Below are positions 19,097 to 30,884 of a stretch of DNA of 64,000 bases, one piece after another. Position numbers and translations under genes: made by a program. The notes beneath the pieces were generated by a model. That model did not search any database, had not been told where the DNA came from, and worked only from the letters and a program-made list of their open reading frames with translations. The stretch is from Candidatus Parcubacteria bacterium (GTDB lineage Bacteria; Patescibacteriota; Minisyncoccia; UBA6257; HR35), in contig AP024681.1 of NCBI GenBank assembly GCA_025999335.1, positions 163,656 to 227,655 on the forward strand, read 5' to 3'. Each line of letters begins with the position of its first letter. Positions within the stretch are counted from its first letter, which is position 1.

Positions 19097-19852
19097 TTAT
19101 TCAACCATTACTGTTCTTAACCAATTAATAATTTTGCCTGCTAATTCTTGATTATTTTCCAGTAACTGCGTTCCGTGACCACCGCTACTATATTCCCAAT
19201 ATTCTACATTAGAATACCAACTTTTCAATAATCTACTACCTTCAATGGCTTGTTGATCATCTAAAGCGCTAATAACTAAAATTTTTTTATTTAAATTATC
19301 TTTTTTAAATCTCTCTAAAGCAATGCCCCGGTAATTAATACCAGGCGAAAATAAAATAGCTGCCTTTAAAGATGGATTTTCGCTTAAAAATTGGAAACCA
19401 AGATTAGCGCCAATACTTGCACCAATATAAAATTGTTTATCTTTAAAGAAACCTTCTTTTTCTAAAAAAACACTTGCTGCTTCTATGTCATTAATCGACA
19501 GTTTTTCTTCTTCTTCGTTAAAATCTTCATAACTCACAGAACCCTTAGGCGATAATTTGCTTTCACCATGTCCACGCAAATCAATCGCTAAAACACTAAA
19601 ACCTTCTTGCTTTAAAGCCAAAGCAAAACGATGCCAACTCTCTTTGGTTGCTGGCCTCATATGCACTAAAATCCCGGCAAATTTAGAGTTAGGTTGATAA
19701 TAGTAATTACCAATTATAGAAAAACCATCTTTAGTGACAATTGTTACTTTTTTAAAATCATCCGTATTGTTTGCGAGAAAAAAATATTTTAACAAAAAAC
19801 TTATAATAATAACAACAACTATTAAAAGAAATAAGATAATTCTATATACCAT
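19097..19852 (-). CDS. Alpha/beta-hydrolase (dienelactone hydrolase/esterase-like) with N-terminal TM anchor
   Basis: GxSxG nucleophile elbow (GASIGANLG), HGxx region, N-terminal hydrophobic helix. Confidence 0.6.
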   Translation of the reverse strand: MVYRIILFLLIVVVIIISFLLKYFFLANNTDDFKKVTIVTKDGFSIIGNYYYQPNSKFAGILVHMRPATKESWHRFALALKQEGFSVLAIDLRGHGESKLSPKGSVSYEDFNEEEEKLSINDIEAASVFLEKEGFFKDKQFYIGASIGANLGFQFLSENPSLKAAILFSPGINYRGIALERFKKDNLNKKILVISALDDQQAIEGSRLLKSWYSNVEYWEYSSGGHGTQLLENNQELAGKIINWLRTVMVE

Positions 19853-19962
19853 CTTCCGAAAATAAGTAATTAATAAAATTCAATAATTTTAGTCTCTGAA
19901 TTTATTATAAAATATATATTTAAAATAAACAAAATTTATAAGATTCTTATTATTTTAAAATC

Positions 19963-20997
19963 TTAAAGAATTTGAATTTTGAAAGAGAGAACTATATACT
20001 TATAAATAAAATATAAAAGAAATAAATATCCAATTACGCCAATTGAAATAAATAATGCTTTTTGTTGAAAAGTAGGCGTAAATTCTAAATCATTCTTAAG
20101 AACTTTTAAATAACCATAAATTAAAAAAATATAAGTTACTACAAAAGGCGTTAATAATGAAACAAAAATAACATTGATTATTAAGCTAATTAATTTACTA
20201 TTTAAAAATAACATAAAAATTAAATTAATTAAGTTATAAATATAACTAATTAAAGATAATAAAATACTTAAAAATAAACCATACCAAAAAACCTTAAAAA
20301 AATAACCCCTAACATACTCACGACTTTTAAGTAAAGCATTCATTCCTCTTAAATTTTCATCTAAAAAAACAAAATTTGCCAAACTAAACCAAATGCCAAT
20401 AATCATTCCTGGAATAACAAAGAAAAAGCTAGAGCCTATAATAATAAAAATAGCTAATAAATTAAGCCAAAGAAAAGAAAGCAATTTATACCAACCTTGA
20501 CGATATGATTCTATAACGCTAATATTCTTTTGATTATTGACTATTGCATACATCAAAGATACATTTATCAACCCAAATATCACTATAAGAACAATGAAAA
20601 AAACTACCAACAAAATAATTAAAAAAATTATATTCTGTTGTATCAATTGATTAAACAATGAATCAATATCTAAAAATCTAAGATCAGCAAAAATAAAAAA
20701 AGGTACAATAATAAATACCACTGGTAAAAGTGTTATGCCTGCAAAGGTAGTAAATCTTTGTTTATAAATGGATAATGCCTGCTTTATTATCGCCAAAGAT
20801 GACGGTAATTTTGTAAGAGTTGGCGTTAAGCTTATTGTTGATAATGATTGACCAGGATTATTTTGAATAAACATAAAAGCTTCATCAACATCTTGAACTT
20901 GCCAACCAATAGCAAGAAGGGAATTTTTAATTTGTTCTTTGGTTACGCCTTGTTGTAATTGTTGTTTAATGTAATCAATTAACTGTTGATTAATCAT
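19963..20997 (-). CDS. Hypothetical polytopic membrane protein with about 55-aa N-terminal soluble domain
   Basis: Hydrophobicity pattern only. Confidence 0.4.
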   Translation of the reverse strand: MINQQLIDYIKQQLQQGVTKEQIKNSLLAIGWQVQDVDEAFMFIQNNPGQSLSTISLTPTLTKLPSSLAIIKQALSIYKQRFTTFAGITLLPVVFIIVPFFIFADLRFLDIDSLFNQLIQQNIIFLIILLVVFFIVLIVIFGLINVSLMYAIVNNQKNISVIESYRQGWYKLLSFLWLNLLAIFIIIGSSFFFVIPGMIIGIWFSLANFVFLDENLRGMNALLKSREYVRGYFFKVFWYGLFLSILLSLISYIYNLINLIFMLFLNSKLISLIINVIFVSLLTPFVVTYIFLIYGYLKVLKNDLEFTPTFQQKALFISIGVIGYLFLLYFIYKYIVLSFKIQIL

Positions 20998-21197
20998 AGT
21001 TTTATTAAAAAAATTAATCTTAATAATCCCAATTATATTTTAACTTCAATAAAAATTATTTCTGTAACCATTTTGGGGAATTTCTAATATATTTAATAAG
21101 CAATTTTTTATTATTAAAACTTTATTTTTTAATTTAAAAAATACTTAAGCGCCAAATTAATAAAAAACTATAAAAATATAGAGAGATTTAATGATTG

Positions 21198-21283
21198 TGC
21201 CTGGGGTGGGAGTCGAACCCACAAGGCTTAAAAAGCCAGCAGATTTTGAGTCTGCCGCGTCTGCCAAATTCCGCCACCCAGGC
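21198..21283 (-). tRNA. tRNA-Leu (anticodon CAA), type II with long variable arm
   Basis: Reverse complement GCCTGGG-TG-GCG-GAATTTGGCAGA-CGC-G-GCAGA-CTCAAAA-TCTGC...GGCTT-TTT-AAGCC...GTGGG-TTCGACT-CCCAC-CCCAGGC-A. Confidence 0.85.
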
Positions 21284-21356
21284 GACGCAGTTCACTTTGT
21301 GAACAAGGAGCCTGAGGAGTAAGGGACAAATTTCTGCACCTTAACGCCACTCAGGC
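21284..21356 (-). repeat. Conserved tRNA-Leu 5'-leader element, copy 1 (palindrome plus tRNA-like minihelix)
   Basis: Sequence gacgcagttcactttgtgaacaaggagcctgaggagtaagggacaaatttctgcaccttaacgccactcaggc is near-identical to 51354..51430; contains the GTTCAC-AAA-GTGAAC palindrome and a 7-bp closing stem GCCTGAG/CTCAGGC. Confidence 0.6.
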
Positions 21357-21413
21357 AATGCTGTTTATAATTATAATCATATTCATCAAATAAACAATTT
21401 CTCAAATGTAATT

Positions 21414-21785
21414 TTAACTTGTCTTTGACTTATAAGATTTAACTTTATTAACCAAATCTTCCAAGGAAATTTTTGCTTTAACCAAATATTCAGAGGCACC
21501 TAAATTTTTTGCTTTCTCAATATCTTCGGCTTGACTTAAATTAGAAATAACTAAAACTGGAACGTTTTTAAATTGAGGATCTTGCTTAATTTTTTCCAAT
21601 ATAAAAAAACCACTTTTTTGTGGCAAAATTATGTCCAACAAAATTAACTCCGGTCTTTCAATCAGTATCTTTTCTAAAGCTTCATTGCCATTAATAACAC
21701 TAACTACCTGAAAACCATTTTCTGATAATTTTCTTTCAAGAACTGATCTTAAAAATTTATCGTCTTCAACTAGAACTATTTTCAT
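21414..21785 (-). CDS. Single-domain response regulator (CheY-like receiver)
   Basis: MKIVLVEDD...LILLDIILPQKSG...K receiver motifs with the phospho-acceptor Asp context; 123 aa, no output domain. Confidence 0.75.
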   Translation of the reverse strand: MKIVLVEDDKFLRSVLERKLSENGFQVVSVINGNEALEKILIERPELILLDIILPQKSGFFILEKIKQDPQFKNVPVLVISNLSQAEDIEKAKNLGASEYLVKAKISLEDLVNKVKSYKSKTS

Positions 21786-21867
21786 AAGATACTTAATTGC
21801 CTAGATTGTTATTTCATTATTAGAAAAGAAAACGATCAGCTCATTAATATAGTTTGATCATATTAAA

Positions 21868-23400
<1,533 letters not shown>

Positions 23401-23498
23401 CTAAATAATGAAATAATCAATCTAGGCAATTAAATATCTTTTATCTTTACAAGAGTACTTTTTAGACAACACAAAAACAACACCTCTATAATTGAAAT

Positions 23499-23527
23499 AA
23501 TTTATCATAAAAATTAACAAAAGTCAA
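23499..23527 (-). promoter_or_regulatory. Candidate sigma70-type promoter upstream of the 16S rRNA
   Basis: Minus strand reads TTGACT-17nt-TAAATT about 100 nt upstream of the 16S 5' end; by eye only. Confidence 0.3.
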
Positions 23528-23557
23528 GCAAAATATAAATAAATTATCTTTTATTAA

Positions 23558-23938
23558 TTATCCACGATAAATTAATTGGGTTTTGATTGTTTGGGGAAGC
23601 CAAAACTTTTTTATTAAATTAATTACGTTTTTCTCATTAAAGTCCTTGCAAGAATAAACATCAATTGATAAATAATTTTTAAATGGCCAAGTATGACAAG
23701 AAATATGACTTGTGTAAATCATAACAAATCCTGAAACGCCTGATTCTTTTTTAAGACGATGATTAACCTTAACAACATAAGGAATGGTTAATTTCTTCAT
23801 ATTGATCTTCGACGGTAAAAAATCTAAAAACTCAAAAACTTTATCAAAAGAAAAAAGAGATTCGGCATCGACGCCATAAGCATCGACGGTTAAATGTTTA
23901 CCAAATTGACGCGCTGAAGATTCTTGTTCTTTAGACAT
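23558..23938 (-). CDS. speH: S-adenosylmethionine decarboxylase proenzyme (pyruvoyl-dependent, class 1 SpeH/SpeD-type)
   Basis: HLTVDAYG...SGFVMIYTSHISCHTWPF...IDVYSC matches the AdoMetDC ES-cleavage and active-site region. Confidence 0.7.
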   Translation of the reverse strand: MSKEQESSARQFGKHLTVDAYGVDAESLFSFDKVFEFLDFLPSKINMKKLTIPYVVKVNHRLKKESGVSGFVMIYTSHISCHTWPFKNYLSIDVYSCKDFNEKNVINLIKKFWLPQTIKTQLIYRG

Positions 23939-24162
23939 TTACGAATAATGCTTAAAAATAAAAAATAACGACTTAAAGAATAAAAAATATGTTTCCTCAA
24001 ATTAGAATATCACATATTTTTATACTCATTAAGCTATAACAAGTTTAATGATCGAAAATTACTATATGCTATACTTAATATTTCGACCTTAATATAGTTT
24101 GTTTAATTTTATAAACATTTTTATCTAGTAAATAAAACAATTCACCATCATTAAAGCAATTA

Positions 24163-24786
24163 TTAAGAAACCATCATAAAATATCTTTCTGCTACTTTAT
24201 GCCAATTAACAACATTCCACCATGCTTGAATATAATCAATACGTCTATTTTGATATTTTAAATAATAAGCATGCTCCCATAAATCATTAGTTAACAATGG
24301 AAAATCACCGATCGATAAAGGATTGTCATGATTAGGCAAAGAATAAACTTTTAATTTTTTTTCTTGATCAACAACTAACCAGCACCATCCTGAAGCAAAA
24401 TGAGTCTTGCTAGCATTATTAAAAATTTGCTGAAATTGTTCAAAAGATCCAAAATTTTTTTCTAAAATAGATAAAAAATCATTTTCAGGTTTATTGTTAG
24501 TTTTTGCTGGTGCCATTACTTCCCAAAAAAGCGAATGATTGTAATGACCACCGCCGTTATTTTTAACCTGAGAACGAATTTCTTCGGGTACCAAATTCAA
24601 ATTCTTTAAAATATCTTCCAATGACAAATCAAATAAATTTTTATCTTTCTCTAAAGCTGCGTTAAGATTATCAATATAAGATTGATGATGCTTTGAATGA
24701 TGAATTTCCATCGTCATTCTATCAATATAAGGTTCTAAATCTCCATAACCATAAGGTAATGTTGGCAAAGAATAAGGATATTTCAT
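24163..24786 (-). CDS. sodA: Fe/Mn superoxide dismutase (track ORF extends to 24849; Met-22 is the more likely start)
   Basis: HHSKHHQSYIDNLN and DLWEHAYYLKYQNRR metal-binding motifs; N-terminal 21 aa of the track ORF are not SOD-like. Confidence 0.8.
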   Translation of the reverse strand: MKYPYSLPTLPYGYGDLEPYIDRMTMEIHHSKHHQSYIDNLNAALEKDKNLFDLSLEDILKNLNLVPEEIRSQVKNNGGGHYNHSLFWEVMAPAKTNNKPENDFLSILEKNFGSFEQFQQIFNNASKTHFASGWCWLVVDQEKKLKVYSLPNHDNPLSIGDFPLLTNDLWEHAYYLKYQNRRIDYIQAWWNVVNWHKVAERYFMMVS

Positions 24787-24899
24787 TTTAATTTTTTTAT
24801 AATTGTTTTTGATTAATAAACGACCGGCATAACAATTAATTGTTAGCAATAATCTTTATTTAAATTTTATGATATAATTTTAAAAATAATAATAATTTT

Positions 24900-24972
24900 G
24901 CCGTGGTAGCTCAGTGGTAGAGCGGTAGCCTGAAGAGCTGCGCGTCGGGGGTTCGATTCCCTCCCACGGCAC
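24900..24972 (+). tRNA. tRNA-Phe (anticodon GAA)
   Basis: GCCGTGG-TA-GCTC-AGTGGTA-GAGC-G-GTAGC-CTGAAGA-GCTGC...GGGGG-TTCGATT-CCCTC-CCACGGC-A; 4 nt from the convergent secA stop. Confidence 0.8.
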
Positions 24973-24976
24973 AAAA

Positions 24977-27451
24977 TTATTTCTTAGTTGTATGCTTTAA
25001 ACGCTCTTGATGTTCGCTAGAATTCAGCAAACCGCATTTTTTATATTTTTTTCCTGAACCACAAAAACATAAATCATTTCTACCAATTTTCACTTTTGGT
25101 ATTTCAATTTTTATATTAACAAATGCTTTCAAAAGGTAATTTGTTAAAACATCATGAAATTCTAAAAAAGCTCTATAAGCTTCATCTTTAAAAGCAACCA
25201 AAGGATCTCTTTGTCCGTAACCTCGAAAACCAACCGACTGTTTTAAATCTTCTAAATAATGTAAATGTTCTATCCATAAAAAATCATAAACTTTGAGAAC
25301 GATACTTTTTAAAAATTGCTCAAAGTCATCTTTTAAGTATTCTTCTAACTCATTAAATTTTTGCTTAAATATATCTTCAATATTCTCAGTTGTATTAAAA
25401 ATGAATTTTTTTAAATCATCGTTGGCTTTATTAAGAAAATTATCAAGAGCCTCGAAAAAATATTTTTTAATATTAACGCTGTTTAAAAGAATAGCCATTC
25501 GTTCAGAATAAATTTTTTCTCGTTGCGCATTAATCACATTATCATACTCAAAAAGATGTCGTCGAATATCAAAATTATAACCCTCTACTTTAGCTTGTGC
25601 TTCTTCTATTAGTTTAGTGATGATGTTATTTTCTATGGCTTCGTCGGCTCTAAAATTAAATTTAGAAATAACATTTTTTATTTTTTCGCCACCAAAAACT
25701 TTTATCAATTCATCTTCTAAGGAAATATAAAATTGAGTTTCGCCTGGGTCTCCTTGTCTTCCTGCTCTTCCACGTAATTGATTGTCTATCCTTCGTGCCT
25801 CATGTCGTTCCGTGCCTATAACGAATAAACCGCCTAAAGACTTTACTTTTTCAGCTTCTTCTTGGTCAGGTGGGTTGCCTCCTAAAATAATATCAACGCC
25901 TCTACCCGCCATATTAGTTGCAACCGTTACCTGCCCCAATTTACCAGCTTGAGCAATAATTCTTCCTTCTTCTTCGTGGTTTTTTGCATTTAAAGTATTA
26001 TGAGGGATGCCTTCTTCTTTTAATCTTTGCGAAAGATATTCATTAGTAGCAATTGCTGTTGTCCCCACCAAAACAGGTCTTTGCATTTTATGTAATTCTT
26101 TAATTTTGTTAATTACTGCATCCCATTTAGCTTTTTGAGTTAAAAAAATCTTATCAGGATGATCGCGTCTTATGCAAGTTTTGTTTGGCGGTATCTGAAC
26201 AGTTTCTAAATTATAAACTTTTAAGAATTCTTCTGCAGAGGTTATTGCCGTTCCAGTCATTCCAGCTAATTTTTTATATTTTTTAAAAAAATTTTGAATA
26301 GTTATGGTAGCAATAGTTTTCATTTCTGGCTGTATAGGCACGCCTTCTTTAGCCTCAATTGCCTGATGTAAACCTCCAGACCAACGACGTCCAAACATTA
26401 ACCTTCCTGTAAATTCATCAACAATAATTACCTCGTTATTTTTAACAACATAATCTTTATCTTTTAAATAGATATAATTAGCTAATAAAGCCTGCTCTAA
26501 ATGATGAGTTGCTCTGATATCTGTAACTTCGTAAGGATTATAGCCTAAAATTTTTTCAATAATTTCTAAACCGGCATCGTTTAAAATAGCTTTTTTTCTT
26601 TTATAATCAATAGAAAAATGAATATCTGGTTTCAAATTTTTAACTAATCGATCGTAAAAGAAATATATTTCTTGTTCTTCTTGCTCATAACCTCCAATAA
26701 TTAACGGCGTTCGCGCCTCATCAATTAAAATACTATCAACTTCATCAACAATAGCATAAGCTAAATTTTTAACTTGCACTAAATCATCAGCTTTAAGAGC
26801 AAGATTGTCGCGTAGATAATCAAAACCAAATTCATGATTAGTTCCATAAACAATATCAGCTTCGTAAGCTTCTTTTCTCGATACCGGTCGTAAATATTCG
26901 TAAAAAATCTGAAACGAACCTTTTATATCTCGTGAAACATCAATTGAATCTTTAACAAAATTAGGATCATAAACAAAACTACTGTCATGAGCCAAACAAG
27001 ATGTTGTTAACCCTAAAAGATAATAAATCTGCCCCATCCAAGCAGCGTCACGCTTTGCAAGATAATCATTAACAGTGACAATATGAACGCTTTCTCCTGA
27101 TAAAGCATTTAAAGTAGCCGCTAAAGTAGCTGTCAAAGTTTTACCTTCGCCGGTCATCATTTCAGCAATAAAACCTTTGTGCAAAGCAATACCACCTAAC
27201 AACTGAACATCAAAATGCCTTTGTTTAAGCGTTCTTTTAGCAGCTTCGCGCACTAAAGCAAAACAATCAGGCAAAATATCATCTAAAGACTTACCTTGAT
27301 TCAAAGAGTCTTTTAAAGAAGACACTTTTTCTTTCAGTTCGCTATCGGTTAATTTTTCTAAATAAGGTTCAAGAGCATTAATTTTAGCAACAATATTTTG
27401 CCATTGAGAAAGGTAATCTTTTTGCAAAAACTGAAAAATTTTTTTGAACAT
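24977..27451 (-). CDS. secA: Preprotein translocase ATPase SecA
   Basis: DEAD-like motor motifs; C-terminal zinc finger CFCGSGKKYKKC. Confidence 0.9.
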   Translation of the reverse strand: MFKKIFQFLQKDYLSQWQNIVAKINALEPYLEKLTDSELKEKVSSLKDSLNQGKSLDDILPDCFALVREAAKRTLKQRHFDVQLLGGIALHKGFIAEMMTGEGKTLTATLAATLNALSGESVHIVTVNDYLAKRDAAWMGQIYYLLGLTTSCLAHDSSFVYDPNFVKDSIDVSRDIKGSFQIFYEYLRPVSRKEAYEADIVYGTNHEFGFDYLRDNLALKADDLVQVKNLAYAIVDEVDSILIDEARTPLIIGGYEQEEQEIYFFYDRLVKNLKPDIHFSIDYKRKKAILNDAGLEIIEKILGYNPYEVTDIRATHHLEQALLANYIYLKDKDYVVKNNEVIIVDEFTGRLMFGRRWSGGLHQAIEAKEGVPIQPEMKTIATITIQNFFKKYKKLAGMTGTAITSAEEFLKVYNLETVQIPPNKTCIRRDHPDKIFLTQKAKWDAVINKIKELHKMQRPVLVGTTAIATNEYLSQRLKEEGIPHNTLNAKNHEEEGRIIAQAGKLGQVTVATNMAGRGVDIILGGNPPDQEEAEKVKSLGGLFVIGTERHEARRIDNQLRGRAGRQGDPGETQFYISLEDELIKVFGGEKIKNVISKFNFRADEAIENNIITKLIEEAQAKVEGYNFDIRRHLFEYDNVINAQREKIYSERMAILLNSVNIKKYFFEALDNFLNKANDDLKKFIFNTTENIEDIFKQKFNELEEYLKDDFEQFLKSIVLKVYDFLWIEHLHYLEDLKQSVGFRGYGQRDPLVAFKDEAYRAFLEFHDVLTNYLLKAFVNIKIEIPKVKIGRNDLCFCGSGKKYKKCGLLNSSEHQERLKHTTKK

Positions 27452-27459
27452 TAAAAAAA

Positions 27460-27780
27460 TTATTTAGAAATTTCTATGTTATGAATTTCAACTAGCCAAC
27501 TTGTTTGTTTATAACCTTTATTTTTGCGATATCTTGTTTTTGGTTTATATTTCAAAATTTTTATCTTACGCTTTTTTTCTTTAATTAAAGAACCCGTTAC
27601 CCTTGCGCCAACAACAAATGGTTTGCCGACTACTAAATCATTATCATTCGCTATCAGTAAAACTTTATCAAAAATAATGTTCTTTGTTTCAGTTATATTT
27701 TTAATTTTATCGATCTCTATTTTTGATCCTGGTTGAACTAAATATTGTTTAGAGCCCGTTTCGATAACTGCTAATTGCAT
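27460..27780 (-). CDS. rplU: 50S ribosomal protein L21
   Basis: MQLAVIETGSKQYLVQPGSKIEIDKI N-terminus typical of bL21. Confidence 0.85.
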   Translation of the reverse strand: MQLAVIETGSKQYLVQPGSKIEIDKIKNITETKNIIFDKVLLIANDNDLVVGKPFVVGARVTGSLIKEKKRKIKILKYKPKTRYRKNKGYKQTSWLVEIHNIEISK

Positions 27781-27787
27781 TTTTAAA

Positions 27788-28084
27788 TTAAGTAAAATGA
27801 AAAATTAATAAATAACCAACGATTAAAATGTGAATAATAATAAACGATATATTAATTTTACCAAAAATTTTATTATCTCCAAACAAATAGCTAAGCAAAG
27901 TATTACCTAATTGAATAACAAAAAATACTACAATCACTCTCCAAAGTTCGCTAAGAGGCAAAATTAAAAAAGAACTATCTAAGTAACGAGGCACAATAAC
28001 CACTAAATCAAATTTAAAAATATAAAATAAACTCCAAAGAATAAATGGCAATACAAAAATAATGATAGAAAATATTTTTTTCAT
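27788..28084 (-). CDS. Small hypothetical membrane protein
   Basis: Three predicted TM helices; 4-nt overlap with the murG start. Confidence 0.35.
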   Translation of the reverse strand: MKKIFSIIIFVLPFILWSLFYIFKFDLVVIVPRYLDSSFLILPLSELWRVIVVFFVIQLGNTLLSYLFGDNKIFGKINISFIIIHILIVGYLLIFHFT

Positions 28085-29241
28085 TGTTTTAAAATTTCAT
28101 CTATAAGCTCGGTCGCTATTTTAAAGCCAGCATCTAATTTAGCAAAAGCTTTTGCTTTCTCTCGCATTTTATCTGCTAATTCTTTATTACTTAAAATATT
28201 TACTATCTCGGTTAATAAAACATGCGGTTTAGCATTTTTTTCTTCGAACATTATGCAAGCGCCAGCTAAATAATATTTCTGAGCATTCAATAATTGATGT
28301 TTGCCAGCAACAGCTTCTTCAATAGGAATTAAAATGCTTGGCGTTCCAGTTGCTGCCAGTTCAAAAATAGAACCAGCGCCAGCTCGGCTAATTACTAAAT
28401 CAGCCATTTTTAACAATCTTAAAGTATCATCATTAGAAATAAAGCTAAACAAATGATAATCATTAATATTAATTTGTTTTTTTTCTTGAGTTATTGTCGC
28501 TAAACCAGCTAATTGCAATTTTACCTCATTAAAATTTTGGCTACCTACCTGATGAACTACTTGAGCTAAAGATAATAAAGACGGTAAAATTTCTAAAATC
28601 AAATCATTAAGAAATTTTGATCCTTGCGAACCTCCTAAAACAAAAATTATTTTCTTTTCAGGATTTAATTTAAATTTTTCATAGTCTTCTGTCAAAACAG
28701 GCCTAACAATTGTCTCCACATTGACCGGATGTCCAACTAAAACAGTTCTTTTTTTATGAAAAAGATGCTCGGCAGCTTCAGGAAAACTAATAAAAATTTT
28801 CTTTGCAAATAATGAGGAAATTTTATTTGTTAAACCAGGGATAGTGTCAGAATCATGAATAAAAATAGGCAGGCGCAAAAACCAACCCATAATAACAACA
28901 GCCAAACTCCCAGGACCTCCTTTAGAAAAAATAACATTTGGCAGAAATTTAAATAAATAATAAAAAGCAAGCAAAAAACTTAGAGGCATTTTTAAAATAT
29001 CTATCAAATTACTTAAACTAAAATATCTACGCAACTTAAACGATGGAATAAAATAAACCTCAATACCTTCTTTTAAAAAAATATTGGCATCTACAGGACG
29101 ACAACCTATATAGATAAAACGAATAGAAATATTCTTTGCTGCCATTATCTTTCTCATTTCTCTCGTCACAAAAATCAAAGGAAATAAATGACCACCAGTA
29201 GATCCACCAGTTAAACAAATAATTAATTCGTCTTTATCCAT
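28081..29241 (-). CDS. murG: Lipid II synthase MurG (UDP-GlcNAc:MurNAc-pentapeptide-PP-undecaprenol GlcNAc transferase)
   Basis: GGSTGGHLFP N-terminal motif; GT-B C-domain; follows ftsW in dcw order. Confidence 0.8.
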   Translation of the reverse strand: MDKDELIICLTGGSTGGHLFPLIFVTREMRKIMAAKNISIRFIYIGCRPVDANIFLKEGIEVYFIPSFKLRRYFSLSNLIDILKMPLSFLLAFYYLFKFLPNVIFSKGGPGSLAVVIMGWFLRLPIFIHDSDTIPGLTNKISSLFAKKIFISFPEAAEHLFHKKRTVLVGHPVNVETIVRPVLTEDYEKFKLNPEKKIIFVLGGSQGSKFLNDLILEILPSLLSLAQVVHQVGSQNFNEVKLQLAGLATITQEKKQININDYHLFSFISNDDTLRLLKMADLVISRAGAGSIFELAATGTPSILIPIEEAVAGKHQLLNAQKYYLAGACIMFEEKNAKPHVLLTEIVNILSNKELADKMREKAKAFAKLDAGFKIATELIDEILKQ

Positions 29242-29264
29242 GTTTAAAAATTATTATTTCGTTT

Positions 29265-30359
29265 TTATCTACGAAAACCACTAATAATACCTAAACTAAA
29301 ATAAATAGCTATTTGGCCAGAAGCGCCATAACTAAAAAATGGCAATATTACCCCGGTAGGAATAAACAAACCTATGTTTGATGAAATATGTAAAAAAAAT
29401 TGTAACAATAACCAAGAAGCAACTCCTAACGAAAAATATTCTTTAATTGTTGAACCCGCGTTCTGACCTAGGCTAATTATACGCCAAATTAACAACAAAA
29501 ATAAAATGATTAAAATTAGTGAACCTAAAAAACCAAATTCTGCTGCATAAATAGCAAAAATAGAATCTGTCATAATTTGCGGAATATTATTTTTTTTAGC
29601 TTCCGATAATCCTAAACCTTTTCCCCAAAATCCACCTTCAGAAACAGCTAACATTGTTTGCCAAACTTGAAAAAACTTTTCTTCATAAACTTCACCCTTG
29701 CTAAAAAACGCCAAGGCTCTTTCTAAACGATAGGACCACAATAAAGATAAGGAAATAATCAAAACTATAAATAATAAAAGAGTTATAAACGAATAAAAAG
29801 TTTCCTGCCAGCGCGAAAGTGACTTAAAAAAAATTACGACTAAAGGAGCAATGATGATCATTAGATTACTTAAAGCAGGCTGCAATAAAATAGGTACACT
29901 AATAACCAACAAAAACAATATAAAAATAGTTAAACGATGAGAAATAGGATTTTTTTTAAAATTGTTTAAAAAATATATAAAAAACAAAATAACAAACGGT
30001 TTAATCAATTCAGCTGGCTGGATGGTAATAAAACCTAAATTCAACCAACGTTTGGAAGTTGCCTCTTCAACAGTTAACCAAGGAAAAAAAAGTAAAAGCA
30101 ATAAACTAAGATATAAAACATAAAATCCTAAAAAAAATATTTTTTTATGATCATTAAAATTTTTACTTAATAAAAAACCAGCAATGAAAGCTACGGCACC
30201 TAAAAAAGTAACCTTAATAACAAAAAGAAAAAAGTACCATAAAGGAAATTTAGCGTTCTTTAATGATTCACCTATAGAAACACTAAAAAAATTAATCAAA
30301 CCTAAAAGCGAAAGAATGCAAACAATAAATAATAACGTAAAATCTATCTTTTTTGCCAT
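29265..30359 (-). CDS. ftsW: FtsW/RodA-type (SEDS-family) peptidoglycan glycosyltransferase, likely FtsW by context
   Basis: 10-TM SEDS-family architecture; directly upstream of murG. Confidence 0.7.
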   Translation of the reverse strand: MAKKIDFTLLFIVCILSLLGLINFFSVSIGESLKNAKFPLWYFFLFVIKVTFLGAVAFIAGFLLSKNFNDHKKIFFLGFYVLYLSLLLLLFFPWLTVEEATSKRWLNLGFITIQPAELIKPFVILFFIYFLNNFKKNPISHRLTIFILFLLVISVPILLQPALSNLMIIIAPLVVIFFKSLSRWQETFYSFITLLLFIVLIISLSLLWSYRLERALAFFSKGEVYEEKFFQVWQTMLAVSEGGFWGKGLGLSEAKKNNIPQIMTDSIFAIYAAEFGFLGSLILIILFLLLIWRIISLGQNAGSTIKEYFSLGVASWLLLQFFLHISSNIGLFIPTGVILPFFSYGASGQIAIYFSLGIISGFRR

Positions 30360-30871
30360 TGCTCTCGTTTACGAGCCTTTCTTTTACCATATTTTTTGCG
30401 TTCTACTTCTCTTGAATCCCTTGTTAATAAATTAGCTTTTTTTAAAGTACTTCTCCATTGATTATTAATTTTTACCAAAGCTCGAGCAATGCCTAAGGAA
30501 ATAGCTTCAGCTTGACCTCGGTAACCACCACCCCTAACTAAACATTTAACTTTAAAATTAGAAATTAATTTTAATTTTGACAATGGAGTTTCAACAATTT
30601 TTATTAATTCAATATTTTTAAAATAATCTTTATATTTTTGACCGTTAATAGTAATATCAAAAGGAGAGCTGCCATCGTACAACCTAATCCTTGCGCTCGC
30701 CCTTTTACGTCTTCCTACGCTTTCAATATACTTTTTATCGCCTATTTTAAAAGTTTCTGTCGATATTAGCGCTTCATTAGCGGTTGCTTCTTCGCTATCA
30801 ATCTCAACATTATCAACCATTGATAATTGATCATCCTTGTCGTCGATAACAATATTATGTTGATCTGCCAT
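30344..30871 (-). CDS. rpsI: 30S ribosomal protein S9 with acidic N-terminal extension
   Basis: C-terminal GGGYRGQAEAISLGIARAL...RDSREVERKKYGKRKARK...KR. Confidence 0.85.
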   Translation of the reverse strand: MADQHNIVIDDKDDQLSMVDNVEIDSEEATANEALISTETFKIGDKKYIESVGRRKRASARIRLYDGSSPFDITINGQKYKDYFKNIELIKIVETPLSKLKLISNFKVKCLVRGGGYRGQAEAISLGIARALVKINNQWRSTLKKANLLTRDSREVERKKYGKRKARKREQWQKR

Positions 30872-30884
30872 TGATTTATTAAAA

